NCBI GenBank assembly: GCA_910579455.1
Contig: CAJTUT010000002.1
Span: 44,353 to 108,352, forward strand
Direction: 5' to 3'
Origin: an uncultured Bacilli bacterium
GTDB lineage: Bacteria > Bacillota_I > Bacilli_A > RF39 > UBA660
Length of the DNA: 64,000 nt
Under the pieces are notes generated by a model that worked only from the letters and a program-made list of their open reading frames with translations, searched no databases and had not been told where the DNA came from. This document shows, piece after piece, positions 50,064 to 60,213 of this stretch. The position numbers were made by a program, and so were the translations under genes. How positions within the stretch are numbered: the first letter of the stretch is position 1; each line of letters begins with the position of its first letter.

Positions 50064-50578
50064 TACTCTTTTATTCCCATTCGATGAGGTGGAAATAATG
50101 TTAAAGAGGTTTTGCCAATAATATTTTTCTTTGGAATAAAACCGATCATTCTACTATCCATAGAATTTCCTCTATTATCACCCAGAACAAAATAATAATG
50201 ATCTGGTACCTGTTTGGAATCTAATTCCTCTAACGTAAAGTCTTCTGTTTTTTTATGAGAGAAATTTTCATCCACTTTCTTTCCATTAATATATAAAATA
50301 TTATCTTTATATTCAACATTTTCTCCAGGAAGGCCAATTACCCGTTTAATTAAATATTCCTTATCTTGTCTTATTACAACAATATCAAACCGTTTAATAG
50401 GAGAAAATCTATAACTTAATTTGTCTAAAATCATAATATCCTTATTTTCTAAAGTATCGTCCATAGAATTCCCATTCACCTTAATAAAAGCAACTACATA
50501 ATATCTTAAAAGTAATACCACGATAATTACTATAATATATATTCCTACTTCTTTAAAAAATTTTTTTGCCTTTTCCAT
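50063..50578 (-). CDS. lepB: signal peptidase I (P-type, Ser/Lys dyad; LepB/SipS-like)
   Basis: Box B NGNSM (the catalytic Ser), box D KRVIGLPGE (the catalytic Lys) and box E GDNRGNSMDSR; 171 aa; an N-terminal TM. Confidence 0.85.
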   Translation of the reverse strand: MEKAKKFFKEVGIYIIVIIVVLLLRYYVVAFIKVNGNSMDDTLENKDIMILDKLSYRFSPIKRFDIVVIRQDKEYLIKRVIGLPGENVEYKDNILYINGKKVDENFSHKKTEDFTLEELDSKQVPDHYYFVLGDNRGNSMDSRMIGFIPKKNIIGKTSLTLFPPHRMGIKE

Positions 50579-50651
50579 CTATATCCCTCCATACTATATT
50601 ATATATTATAAGTAATTTTGACTTGACTTTCAAGAAAAGAAAAAGAAATCA

Positions 50652-51026
50652 TTAGATAATTTCTTCTTCTTTCTTAGAACCCTTTTGTCCTCTTTCTTTA
50701 ATCTTATATTGACCAACATAATCCTTTAAGAAAGTTAATTTGGCACGTCTTACCTTTCCCTTACGTATTACAGTAAGCTTATCAATCTTTGGTGAGTTTA
50801 CAGGAAAAATCCTCTCTACTCCTACACCTGATGACATCTTACGAACAGTAAAAGTTTCGGAAACGCTTCCGTTGCGTTTTGCTACTACAACACCTTCAAA
50901 GGCTTGAATACGTTCTCTTTTTCCCTCAATAATCTTATAGTCAACTCTAACAGTATCTCCTACACGAAATTCAGGAATATCAGTTCTTAATTGTTTTTTG
51001 TTAATTTCGTCAATAATATTAGTCAT
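50652..51026 (-). CDS. rplS: 50S ribosomal protein L19
   Basis: [17 protein letters not shown]...[16 protein letters not shown]...FTVRK...GVGVERIFP...VRRAKL, a close match to bL19. Confidence 0.9.
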   Translation of the reverse strand: MTNIIDEINKKQLRTDIPEFRVGDTVRVDYKIIEGKRERIQAFEGVVVAKRNGSVSETFTVRKMSSGVGVERIFPVNSPKIDKLTVIRKGKVRRAKLTFLKDYVGQYKIKERGQKGSKKEEEII

Positions 51027-51098
51027 ACTCTATCTCCTTTCATATATTACCAAATGATCATAAATAAAATTCATCGGATCATTCTCCTGACGAGATAA

Positions 51099-51127
51099 AT
51101 TATAACATAAAGATTTAAAAGATGCAA
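51099..51127 (-). promoter_or_regulatory. candidate sigma-A promoter for rplS (-35 TTGCAT at 51122-51127; extended -10 TGtTATAAT at 51099-51107, minus strand)
   Basis: Motif match read from the reverse complement with a 17-nt spacer, about 70 nt upstream of the rplS ATG. Confidence 0.35.
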
Positions 51128-51240
51128 TTATTTTTAGTACATTATATTAAATCTTACAAAATGTATTTCTCTTTTTATCCATTCTTCTACTTTACTATGA
51201 TAAAACCGTAACCGTTTTTGCCATTAATAATGTAATCCAT

Positions 51241-53580
51241 TTATCTTTTCCAAGTCCAATTTTTAATATATGGCATGTCTTCACCAAATTCCTTAATATA
51301 ATCTGAGTGCTTCTTCAACATATCATAACACCAATCTGATAAGATCTTAGCATTCTTACGATACTTAGGAATCAATTCAATTGCTGCAATAACTAAGTGA
51401 AATCGATCAATTTTATTTTGAACCCTGATATCAAAAGATGTAGTAATTGTTCCTTCTTCTTGATAGCCATGAACATGTAAATCCCTATTTTTTCTTTTAT
51501 AGGTTAATTGATGAATTAGATCAGGATAACCATGAAAGTTAAATAAAATAGGCTTATCTTTAGTAAAAATTTCATCATAATCTTCATCGATTAATCCATG
51601 AGGGTGAATTTCCTTTGATTGTAACCTCATTAAATCTACCACATTAACTACCCATATTTTAATCCCCTTAATCGATGTCTTTAAAATATCAACTGCTGCT
51701 AGAGTCTCCAATGTTGGAGTTTCCCCACAACAGGCCATAACAATATCTGGATTAGTTACATCGTCACTAGCAAAATCCCAAATTCCTACTCCCTTCTTAC
51801 AGTGCCTTTTAGCCTCTTTTTTATTAAGCCATTGTGGTCTAGGATGTTTAGAAGCCACAATCACATTAATATGATCCTTCGTCTTAATACAATGATCAAA
51901 ACAAGAAAGTAAACAATTCGCATCAGGTGGTAAATACATTCTAACAATATCTGCCTTTTTGGTTACTAAGTGATTTAAAAATCCAGGATCTTGATGAGTA
52001 TATCCATTATGATCTTGTTGAAAGACATGAGAAACTAATAAATAATTTAGCGAGGCAATTTCTTCACGCCACGGAATATCCCTACACACCTTTAACCATT
52101 TTGCATGTTGACTAGCCATAGAATCAATGATTCTTACAAAAGCCTCATAACTATGTATAAAACCATACCTTCCTGTTAATAAATACCCTTCTAACATCCC
52201 CTCACAAACATGTTCTGAAAGAAAAGAGTCCATAACCCTACCTTTACTAGATAAAAACTCATCCTGTTTTAATACTTTACTATTCCAAGTTCTTGATTCT
52301 GTTTCAAAAACATGATGAAATCTATTTGATAATGCTTCATCGGGACCAAAAACTCTAAAATTCTTATTTCTAGAATTCAGCTTAAATAAATCTCTAAGAT
52401 AGTTTCCAAGTTCCATAGTATCCTGTGTAACTACTACTCCAGGAGTTGGTACCTCTACTGCATATTTTTCCCAACTAGGAGTAATTAATTCTTTTAATAA
52501 AAGTCCACCATTAGCATATGGAGAAGCTCCCATACATTTAGATGGAGGTGGTGCCAAATCCCTTAGTCTTTTTATTAGGCGACCATCTTGATCAAATAAC
52601 TCCTCGGGTTTATAGCTTTTTAGCCATTTTTCAAGCAATGCTAAGTTCTCAATATGTTCATTATCAACAGGAATAGGAACTTGATGTGATCGAAAACTAT
52701 TCTCTATTTGCTTTTGCTCTACTTGTTTTGGACCTGTCCATCCCTTTGGTGTCGTCAATACAATCATCGGATATCTAACGGTTGTAAGTTCACCACTCTT
52801 GATCTTTTTTATATCCTTAATAACATCATCTAAAGCCTTTGCCATAACATCATGAAGCCTTAAAGGAACATCACCAGATACATGATAAACCTTATATCCA
52901 CATCCCTCAAAAAAATGATTAATCTCACTTGTTGACATTCTACCAAAAATAGTAGGTGATGCTATTTTATATCCATTTCGATGTAATATCGGTAAAACAA
53001 CCCCATCTGTTTTAGGGTTTAAAAACTTATTAATATGCCAACTAGTAGCAAGTGGTCCTGTTTCTGCCTCTCCATCTCCAATAACACAAGCAGCTATTAA
53101 ATCAGGATTATCCAGAACTGCCCCATAAGCATGTGCCAAGCTATATCCTAATTCTCCTCCTTCATTTATAGATCCTGGAGTCTCAGGTGCAACATGAGAA
53201 GATACACCTTGAGGAAAACTAAACTGCTTATTTAGTTTTTTTAACCCCTCCTCATTTTCCGAAATATCAGGATAAAATTTTGAATAAGTACCATCCAAAT
53301 AATTATTAGCAATCATGGCCTGACCACCATGACCAGGTCCTGAAATATAAATTATTTTTAAATTATACTTTTTAATAATCCTATTCAAATGAACATAAAT
53401 GAAATTTTGACCAGGTGCAGTTCCAAAATGCCCCACAATGTTGGGTTTAATATCATTTATACTTAGTTTTCTTCTTAAAAGTGGATTATCTAATAGATAA
53501 AGCTGAGTCACTGATAAATAATTACAAGCTCTAAAATAACCATCTATATTCATTAATTCATCTTTTGTCAATACCTTCAT
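51241..53580 (-). CDS. xfp: xylulose-5-phosphate/fructose-6-phosphate phosphoketolase
   Basis: 779 aa; GHFGTAPGQNFIYVHLNR and the ThDP-binding GPGHGG...GGELGY blocks are diagnostic of XFP phosphoketolases. Confidence 0.9.
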   Translation of the reverse strand: MKVLTKDELMNIDGYFRACNYLSVTQLYLLDNPLLRRKLSINDIKPNIVGHFGTAPGQNFIYVHLNRIIKKYNLKIIYISGPGHGGQAMIANNYLDGTYSKFYPDISENEEGLKKLNKQFSFPQGVSSHVAPETPGSINEGGELGYSLAHAYGAVLDNPDLIAACVIGDGEAETGPLATSWHINKFLNPKTDGVVLPILHRNGYKIASPTIFGRMSTSEINHFFEGCGYKVYHVSGDVPLRLHDVMAKALDDVIKDIKKIKSGELTTVRYPMIVLTTPKGWTGPKQVEQKQIENSFRSHQVPIPVDNEHIENLALLEKWLKSYKPEELFDQDGRLIKRLRDLAPPPSKCMGASPYANGGLLLKELITPSWEKYAVEVPTPGVVVTQDTMELGNYLRDLFKLNSRNKNFRVFGPDEALSNRFHHVFETESRTWNSKVLKQDEFLSSKGRVMDSFLSEHVCEGMLEGYLLTGRYGFIHSYEAFVRIIDSMASQHAKWLKVCRDIPWREEIASLNYLLVSHVFQQDHNGYTHQDPGFLNHLVTKKADIVRMYLPPDANCLLSCFDHCIKTKDHINVIVASKHPRPQWLNKKEAKRHCKKGVGIWDFASDDVTNPDIVMACCGETPTLETLAAVDILKTSIKGIKIWVVNVVDLMRLQSKEIHPHGLIDEDYDEIFTKDKPILFNFHGYPDLIHQLTYKRKNRDLHVHGYQEEGTITTSFDIRVQNKIDRFHLVIAAIELIPKYRKNAKILSDWCYDMLKKHSDYIKEFGEDMPYIKNWTWKR

Positions 53581-53692
53581 TCTAATCCCTCTATTCTTAT
53601 TCTTACTTAATATTATAGCAAGAAAAAAGAATCCCGTCTATAACGAATTCAATTTTTCTTGGGTTATAAAATCTACAAAAAAAACATAAATT

Positions 53693-54469
53693 TTAATTCT
53701 TAATTTGGACACTTTCTAACAAGAAATGATTCCTATCCTTTATAAATGTAAATGTAGTAATAGGTAAATTATCCTTTATTTCATGATATTGACGTTTTGT
53801 ATTCATAACTAAGTTTTTTGAATGAATACAATTCTGATAACTACTATAATATCCCGAAAAAGGACCACACGTATCACCACAATAATTACTGTACAAAATA
53901 TGGGTATTTATAATATAGTGATTACCATCTATTTTACTAGATACAAAATAAATATCTGTATCCATAGAAGGGCCTCCCCCATGCTCATGGGTATCTACAG
54001 ACGTATAAGTCTTACTTTCATTGTTTAACTTATATAAAGCATCATCCCCAACATGACACTCTATATCTTCATAAATTGCTTGAAATCCAGATATAAAATA
54101 ATTATGATACATCTCCTTTAAATCTTCTATCTTATAATAATTGTTAATATTTTCGTCCCTTTTTAATGCCAGAATACCAAACTGTAATTTTAGTTGGTTT
54201 TCTATTTTATTAATATCCAAAATAGGATACTCACTTTTAAATACCTCATTATATAATTCTATTTGAAAAAGCAATTGATCAACTTCACTATAATACATCT
54301 CTTTTCTAGCACCATCTTTTTTTAATGGTTTTTCATCTTGTTTTTTCATATATTCAAAATAACCAATATATCCTAGCGAAAGCAATAACAATAAAACTAA
54401 TATGACAATTGTTACGGTTTTCCCAGTAGATTTTTTAACTTTATAAACTATCTTTGTCCTTTCATTCAT
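53693..54469 (-). CDS. membrane-anchored hypothetical protein (signal-anchor TM, Cys/His-containing extracytoplasmic domain)
   Basis: 258 aa; TM TVTIVILVLLLLLSLGYIGYF; no motif recognised. Confidence 0.45.
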   Translation of the reverse strand: MNERTKIVYKVKKSTGKTVTIVILVLLLLLSLGYIGYFEYMKKQDEKPLKKDGARKEMYYSEVDQLLFQIELYNEVFKSEYPILDINKIENQLKLQFGILALKRDENINNYYKIEDLKEMYHNYFISGFQAIYEDIECHVGDDALYKLNNESKTYTSVDTHEHGGGPSMDTDIYFVSSKIDGNHYIINTHILYSNYCGDTCGPFSGYYSSYQNCIHSKNLVMNTKRQYHEIKDNLPITTFTFIKDRNHFLLESVQIKN

Positions 54470-54553
54470 GCCAACACCTTCTTTTAATTAAAAAGTATCA
54501 TAACAAAAAGAAAGAGGCAACAGAATAAAAAAAATAGATTATCAATTGACAAT

Positions 54554-54997
54554 CTATTTACATGATGATTTTCTAGAACTTTTAGAAAGCGTATTTTGTA
54601 ATTCCATGAATCTATTTTTAGCTTCTTTTTGAAACATAGACAAATTTTTTCCCATTACTTCCAATTCTTTTTTAGGTAAATAATCACGATACTTATTTTT
54701 AATAATCTGTCTAAATCTTTCAATCTGATTTAATGCCTCTTTATAACATTCACCACTATCATCGTCACTGACTAAAAGATCGGTAAGCAAAGAAATTAAA
54801 CGACCATATTTATGATCTACCTGTTTTTTGGCAATAGGACTAGCTAATTTTTTATTATAAATAGTTAATGAAGTAACTTCCTCTCCTGCTATTTTATATC
54901 CTTTATTTTTAGAACCAAATAAGAAACCATTCATATCATTTAACTGACTCTCATCTTTTAGTTTGTATTTATTTTTCTTCTGCCGAATAATATACAT
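54554..54997 (-). CDS. hypothetical protein
   Basis: 147-aa basic protein directly downstream of trmD; no motif recognised. Confidence 0.4.
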   Translation of the reverse strand: MYIIRQKKNKYKLKDESQLNDMNGFLFGSKNKGYKIAGEEVTSLTIYNKKLASPIAKKQVDHKYGRLISLLTDLLVSDDDSGECYKEALNQIERFRQIIKNKYRDYLPKKELEVMGKNLSMFQKEAKNRFMELQNTLSKSSRKSSCK

Positions 54998-55005
54998 ATC
55001 AACAC

Positions 55006-55674
55006 CTACTTTTCTAATAAATCTGGCCTTAAATCCCGTGTTTTTTTAACACTTTCTGAGTATCTATACTTAGCAATCTTTTTATGATCTCCAGAAAGCA
55101 ATATTTCTGGAACTGCCATATCTTGATATACCCTAGGCTTAGTATAAGTTGGATAATCCAATAAGTAATGCTCATTAAAAGAGTCTTCTAGATGACTTTT
55201 TTCATTAATCACCCCTGGTAATAATCTAGTAATAGAATCAACCAATACCATAGCAGGAATTTCTCCTCCTGTTAAAACGTAATCACCAATGCTAATTTCT
55301 AAATTCACAAGACTCCTAATTCTCTCATCAAATCCTTCATAATGACCACATATTATAATCAAATGCGTCTCCTTAGATAGATCATACGCCACTCTTTGAT
55401 GATATGGACCCCCAGACGGTGTCAGCAAAATAATTTTACAATTTTCTGTCTTTAGTGCATTCACACAATCAAAAATCGGCTGACACATCAATACCATTCC
55501 AGCACCTCCCCCGTATGGAGTATCATCCACCTTATGATGAGGATCTTTAGAATAGTTCCTAAAATCATGAACATAGATCTCGACTTTTTGTAATTTCTGT
55601 GCACGCTTTATAATTGATTCCTGAAAAACTGTATCAAACATATTAGGAAATAACGTTAATATATCAATTCTCAT
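55006..55674 (-). CDS. trmD: tRNA (guanine37-N1)-methyltransferase
   Basis: MRIDILTLFPNMF..., GGGAGMVLM, the SPOUT knot residues; 222 aa; coupled to rimM (1-bp gap). Confidence 0.9.
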   Translation of the reverse strand: MRIDILTLFPNMFDTVFQESIIKRAQKLQKVEIYVHDFRNYSKDPHHKVDDTPYGGGAGMVLMCQPIFDCVNALKTENCKIILLTPSGGPYHQRVAYDLSKETHLIIICGHYEGFDERIRSLVNLEISIGDYVLTGGEIPAMVLVDSITRLLPGVINEKSHLEDSFNEHYLLDYPTYTKPRVYQDMAVPEILLSGDHKKIAKYRYSESVKKTRDLRPDLLEK

Positions 55675-55675
55675 A

Positions 55676-56182
55676 CTAAATCATTCCTTTAATCAAATCT
55701 ACCTCTATTTCTTTCCTTTTAGGATCAATTCTTTTAATCATGGGAGAATTAAGAGGAATCAAAACTTCACAAGTAAACTCTACTCGAATTATTTTATTAG
55801 TAGGACTTGCATAAAAGATTTCCTTTATTATACCACAATTTTTATTTTTATCAATTACTTTAAATTGAATTAAATCACTATCTAGGATCTCTTCCTCTGA
55901 AAGGTTTAATTCAGTCTTTTCCTTATAAACTTTTTTACCTTTTAAGAATAAAACATCATTAATATTGGAATATCCCTCAAGCGTAATCATATCAAATTCT
56001 TTATGCTTTCTATAAGATAAGATTTTATACTCCATATGATCAATAATAATCTTGCTTCCAACAAGGAAAGCTTTTTCTTTGTATAAAAAATCACTAAGTA
56101 TCCTAATTTCTCCTTTTATTCCATGAGTATTTACCACTCTTCCTATATATACATTATTCATTTTCGTTCTCTTTCTGTGCAA
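55676..56182 (-). CDS. rimM: 16S rRNA processing protein RimM
   Basis: YIGRVVNTHGIKGEIRI (the RimM N-terminal beta-barrel motif) plus a PRC-barrel C-terminus. The true start may be the ATG at 56161 (MNNVYIGRV). Confidence 0.8.
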   Translation of the reverse strand: MHRKRTKMNNVYIGRVVNTHGIKGEIRILSDFLYKEKAFLVGSKIIIDHMEYKILSYRKHKEFDMITLEGYSNINDVLFLKGKKVYKEKTELNLSEEEILDSDLIQFKVIDKNKNCGIIKEIFYASPTNKIIRVEFTCEVLIPLNSPMIKRIDPKRKEIEVDLIKGMI

Positions 56183-56239
56183 TCATTTCATCATAATATT
56201 GATCTATATCATCTAATCCATATTTCACTTCTATCTCTT

Positions 56240-56986
56240 TCATATAACCTCCTCAATTTCTCCTGCTAATTCATATAATAAAATACTAGTGGCAACCCCT
56301 ACATTTAGACTTTCTACACTATCGTTCATTCTAATATATAAATTAAAATCAGCAAGTTCTGAAATTTCCTTACTTACCCCTTGCCCCTCATTACCAACAA
56401 TTAAAGCATATTTATTTTTAGGTCCTATTTTCTTAACATCACTACCATGAACAACACTAGTAGAATAAATCGGATAATTTCTATTTTTCAAATCCTCTAT
56501 AACCTCTTTTAAATCTTTCTTTACAATATTGATATGAAATAAAAAGCCTTGTGTTGCTCTTACTACCTTAGGATTATATAAATCTACTGTATCTTTAGAT
56601 AAAACAATAGTATCCACATTAAATGCCTTACTACTTCTAATAATTGTACCTAAATTTCCTGGATCTTGAATATTGTCTAGTAATAAAATTCTGTTTCCTA
56701 CAACCTCATGATAATCTGGCATAGCACAAATACCTATCATATTAGGAATAGTATCTAGGGTTGATAACTTTTTCATAATTTCTTGTGTAACATAGATGGG
56801 ATCCATGTCAAATGGATTTTCTACTTCCTCTAGTACTATTATTTTTTCTAAGAGATTTTTTCTATACGCTTCCTCAACTAAATGAAAGCCCTCTACTATA
56901 AATGATGAATGCTTATCCCGATATTTTTTTTGATTTAATTTACAATACTCTTTAATTTCCTTATTCTCAATACTAGTTAAAGCCAT
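56240..56986 (-). CDS. TrmH/SpoU-family RNA 2'-O-methyltransferase (RlmB-like)
   Basis: 248 aa; SPOUT motifs LLLDNIQDPGNLGTIIRS, ALIVGNEGQGVS, SLNVGVATSILLYE. Confidence 0.75.
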   Translation of the reverse strand: MALTSIENKEIKEYCKLNQKKYRDKHSSFIVEGFHLVEEAYRKNLLEKIIVLEEVENPFDMDPIYVTQEIMKKLSTLDTIPNMIGICAMPDYHEVVGNRILLLDNIQDPGNLGTIIRSSKAFNVDTIVLSKDTVDLYNPKVVRATQGFLFHINIVKKDLKEVIEDLKNRNYPIYSTSVVHGSDVKKIGPKNKYALIVGNEGQGVSKEISELADFNLYIRMNDSVESLNVGVATSILLYELAGEIEEVI

Positions 56987-56999
56987 ATTTTAATTCCTC

Positions 57000-57647
57000 C
57001 TAAAATAATCTCATTTCTTTTTTTATTTCCTTATAATTAGGACAATTTTCTTCCACTAAACTCCAAAATCTTGATGAATGATTTCCCTCTAGCAGATGAG
57101 ATAACTCATGAACAATTACATAATCTAAATATTTTAAGTCCCTTTTAATCAACTCCAAATTCAAGGTAATTACTTTCAATTTCGTATTACATACTCCCCA
57201 TCTACTAGTCATTTTTCGAATCCGTAAACCAGGGTATGGAATTTTCCTGCTATATTCGTGGTACACAGTATCTAAATGTTGTTTAAATATACGTTTAGCT
57301 TGTTTTTTATACCAAGTATCTACATCAAAACTTTTATTCATGAGTACCTTTTCATCTCCAAGAGAAAATGCTAAACCATCTACATAAATAATATCGTATT
57401 TTCTTCCTAAATAGTGGAATCCTTCATTACTCTCATTTTTTTGATACTGATTTTTAATCATTTTTACAACAGATTGATAATTTTCATCTAACAGTCTTTG
57501 GATATCTCTATCTCTTGTAAAAATATTAGTAGTAACATAAATAACCAAATCCTTTTTCACTCTAATATAAGTATTACGATTTGTCTTTTTTTTATCAATT
57601 ACTACTTCATAGTTCTTATTATCATAAGTAAATACCACAGCTACCAC
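57000..57647 (-). CDS. YgjP-like metal-dependent hydrolase (DUF45 / M48-family zincin fold)
   Basis: HELSHLLEGNHSSRFW is the HExxH...NHS..FW signature of the YgjP/UtrA family; 215 aa. Confidence 0.7.
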   Translation of the reverse strand: MVAVVFTYDNKNYEVVIDKKKTNRNTYIRVKKDLVIYVTTNIFTRDRDIQRLLDENYQSVVKMIKNQYQKNESNEGFHYLGRKYDIIYVDGLAFSLGDEKVLMNKSFDVDTWYKKQAKRIFKQHLDTVYHEYSRKIPYPGLRIRKMTSRWGVCNTKLKVITLNLELIKRDLKYLDYVIVHELSHLLEGNHSSRFWSLVEENCPNYKEIKKEMRLF

Positions 57648-57747
57648 CTATTTTTATTATACTAAAAAAAATGATAAAGGAAAAGAGCCTAAAATAGTTT
57701 CATTTCACATTTCTATTTAAAACACATAAATTACTATAGGTGATAAC

Positions 57748-58515
57748 ATGTACTACAATAAAGATACCTATTCTATCTATTACGAAACATATGGTAAAGG
57801 AGAAAAAAACATATTAATTCTTCCGGGATGGGGTAATACCAGAGAAACTTTTTATCAAATTATTAACTATTTTAAAGACAGTTATAAAATTTATATTCTC
57901 GATTATCCTGGCTTTGGAAAAAGCATTTTCCCTGATCATGATTTAACCATTTACGATTATACAAACATAATCAGAGAATTTATAAAGGATCAAAGAATAA
58001 ACAAACCAATAATTATCGCTCACTCTTTTGGGGGAAGAATTGCAACTCTGCTTTCAGCTTATTATAAAGAAAATTTAGAAAAATTAATTTTAATAGATAT
58101 AGCTGGTATTAAGCCTAAAAAAAATATTTTCAAACTAATAAAACTGTACACTTATAAATTTTTAAAAAAATTGAAATCTATTATTCCAAAAAGAAAACAA
58201 AGTCTATATTTAAAAAGATTAATTAATCTTTTTGGTTCTAATGACTACAAGGTGTTAAATAAAGAAATGCAAAAAAGCTTTAGAAATATTGTAAATGAAG
58301 ACTTAAAACCTTATATCAAATATATCGATCAACAAACCCTAATTATCTGGGGGAAAAAAGATAAAGACACCCCTATAAAAGATGCCAAATTTATAAGAAA
58401 ACAAATCCCGAATTCTTCCCTGGTTATATATCCAGATGCATCTCACTATTCTTATCTAAAATATCCCAAACTAACCAATCAACTAATTGATAATTTCATA
58501 AAAAATACTGACTAA
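57748..58515 (+). CDS. alpha/beta hydrolase fold protein
   Basis: The only long plus-strand gene. Nucleophile elbow HSFGG; a catalytic His near the C-terminus (DASHY). Confidence 0.75.
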   Translation: MYYNKDTYSIYYETYGKGEKNILILPGWGNTRETFYQIINYFKDSYKIYILDYPGFGKSIFPDHDLTIYDYTNIIREFIKDQRINKPIIIAHSFGGRIATLLSAYYKENLEKLILIDIAGIKPKKNIFKLIKLYTYKFLKKLKSIIPKRKQSLYLKRLINLFGSNDYKVLNKEMQKSFRNIVNEDLKPYIKYIDQQTLIIWGKKDKDTPIKDAKFIRKQIPNSSLVIYPDASHYSYLKYPKLTNQLIDNFIKNTD

Positions 58516-58561
58516 TTTAGTCAGTATTTTTGTAATACTCTCCTTAATTCTAGAAGAAGAA

Positions 58562-59989
58562 TTAATATTGAATTCCCCATACTACATGGTGCTTAGCATC
58601 TTCTCCGCAACAAACACACTTCTCGTCTATTTTCTCTGCCTTTTCCAAAATACATCTAGATTTACAACCTCTTATTTCTTTAATCTTTTCTTCGCATTCT
58701 ACCTTTCCACACCACATAGCATGGATAAATCCTGGCTGTTTATTTAAAATAGATGCCATCTGATCTAAATTATGAGCGTTGAATGTTAGATCATCCCTTC
58801 TTTTTTTAGCACGTTCATACATATCCCTTTGAATGATATCTAAAATCTCTTTAGTGTATTCTAAGATATTGGTATTAATAGGAACTACTAATTTTTCTCT
58901 AGTGTCACGCCTTACAAAAGTAACCTGATTTTTTTCTAAATCCCTAGCACCAATTTCAATTCTTACAGGAATTCCATTCACCTCTGCTTCTGCAAACTTA
59001 AAGCCAGGAGATTTCTCTGTATCATCTATATAAGTAGTAATATCATTCTCCAAGAAAAGATTTTGATACTCCAAAGCCAACTGATTAACCCTTTCATCTT
59101 TTCCAATTGGGATAATTACAACCTGTTTGGGTGCTATCTTTGGAGGCAATACAAGTCCATAATCATCACTATGTACCATAATTAAACCACCAATCATACG
59201 TGTTGTTGTTCCCCAAGAGGTTTGATAAGGAAAAGTCTCCTGATTATTTCTATCAGTAAAGGTAACTTCATAAGCCTTAGAAAATTTTTGTCCAAAAAAG
59301 TGAGAAGTCCCAGCCTGAAGAGCAACTCCATTATACATCAAAGCTTCATTTGTAAGTGTATATTCAGCACCTGCAAACTTTTCTTTTTCTGTTTTTTTAC
59401 CACGAATCGAAGGAATCGCTAAAATCTCATTGAAAAACCAATGATAAACTCCCATCATTTGATCAGTTTCTTTCTCTGCTTCTTCCTTAGTCTCATGCAA
59501 AGTATGACCTTCCTGCCATAAAAATTCTCTACTTCTTAAAAAGGGTCTAGTTTCTTTTTCCCATCTTAATACATTACACCACTGATTATATAATTTTGGT
59601 AAATCCCTGTAAGATTTAATATGAGTTCTATAATAATCACAAAATAGTGTTTCACTAGTAGGTCGAATACAAAGTCTCTCCTCTAAAGGTTTTTGTCCTC
59701 CTTCAGTTACCCAAGCAACCTCAGGGGCAAATCCTTCTACTAGTTCCCCTTCTTTTTTCAAAAGATTCTCAGGAATTAGGGAAGGCATTTGACAATTTAC
59801 ATGACCAAGTCTTTTAAACTCCTTATCTAGTATCTCTTGCATCTTCTCCCAAATCGCATATCCATTTGGCTCTATGACAATACAGCCCTTTACAGATGAG
59901 TAATCAGCAAGATGAGCAGCACGTACAATATCAGTATACCATTTTGCAAAGTCATCTTCTCTTTTCGTAATCGCCTCATTATTTTTCAT
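58562..59989 (-). CDS. proS: proline--tRNA ligase, archaeal/eukaryotic-type (short form without an editing insertion)
   Basis: 475 aa; FAKWYTDIVRAAHLADYSSVKGCIVIEPNGYAIWE, class II motifs (FRPTSETL; GGLIMVHSDDYGL), a C-terminal zinc-binding CxxC...CxxC (CGKVEC...CVCCGE) and a C-terminal Y. Confidence 0.9.
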   Translation of the reverse strand: MKNNEAITKREDDFAKWYTDIVRAAHLADYSSVKGCIVIEPNGYAIWEKMQEILDKEFKRLGHVNCQMPSLIPENLLKKEGELVEGFAPEVAWVTEGGQKPLEERLCIRPTSETLFCDYYRTHIKSYRDLPKLYNQWCNVLRWEKETRPFLRSREFLWQEGHTLHETKEEAEKETDQMMGVYHWFFNEILAIPSIRGKKTEKEKFAGAEYTLTNEALMYNGVALQAGTSHFFGQKFSKAYEVTFTDRNNQETFPYQTSWGTTTRMIGGLIMVHSDDYGLVLPPKIAPKQVVIIPIGKDERVNQLALEYQNLFLENDITTYIDDTEKSPGFKFAEAEVNGIPVRIEIGARDLEKNQVTFVRRDTREKLVVPINTNILEYTKEILDIIQRDMYERAKKRRDDLTFNAHNLDQMASILNKQPGFIHAMWCGKVECEEKIKEIRGCKSRCILEKAEKIDEKCVCCGEDAKHHVVWGIQY

Positions 59990-60198
59990 ATCTTTCCTCC
60001 CCTCTTTTTTTGATATACAATACTTGTAGAATGAGAATTTTTCTTCCCATCTTTTCTATCATCTTTCAATGCAGCCATCAATTCCTCATAACTATCAAAT
60101 AAAGGCATCCCTGTTAAATCACGATATCGCTGCAACTCTTTATTAGTATACTTTTTTTGATGAGATTCATAAAAAGAATGGGTAAAAGAATTTCCCAT
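59986..60198 (-). CDS. hypothetical small protein
   Basis: 70-aa ORF overlapping the proS start by 4 bp; no motif. Confidence 0.35.
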   Translation of the reverse strand: MGNSFTHSFYESHQKKYTNKELQRYRDLTGMPLFDSYEELMAALKDDRKDGKKNSHSTSIVYQKKRGGKI

Positions 60199-60213
60199 AA
60201 TAACTCAACCTCC

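Noticed and set aside
50063-50578. Could the small signal peptidase be the SipW needed for a TasA-type system?
   Set aside because: It has the bacterial P-type boxes (NGNSM Ser, KRVIGLPGE Lys, GDNRGNSMDSR). SipW is an ER/archaeal-type Ser/His enzyme lacking the catalytic Lys box. The gene sits in the conserved rplS-lepB context.
51160-51200. Apparent hairpin aaaaccgtaaccgttttt downstream of xfp as a terminator
   Set aside because: On inspection it is a tandem direct repeat (aaccgt aaccgt), not an inverted repeat, so it cannot form the stem.
53822-54028. Plus-strand 68-aa ORF (53822..54028) and 94-aa ORF (31368..31652)
   Set aside because: They are antisense to the well-supported minus-strand genes (membrane protein, AI-2E transporter) and have a composition typical of shadow frames.
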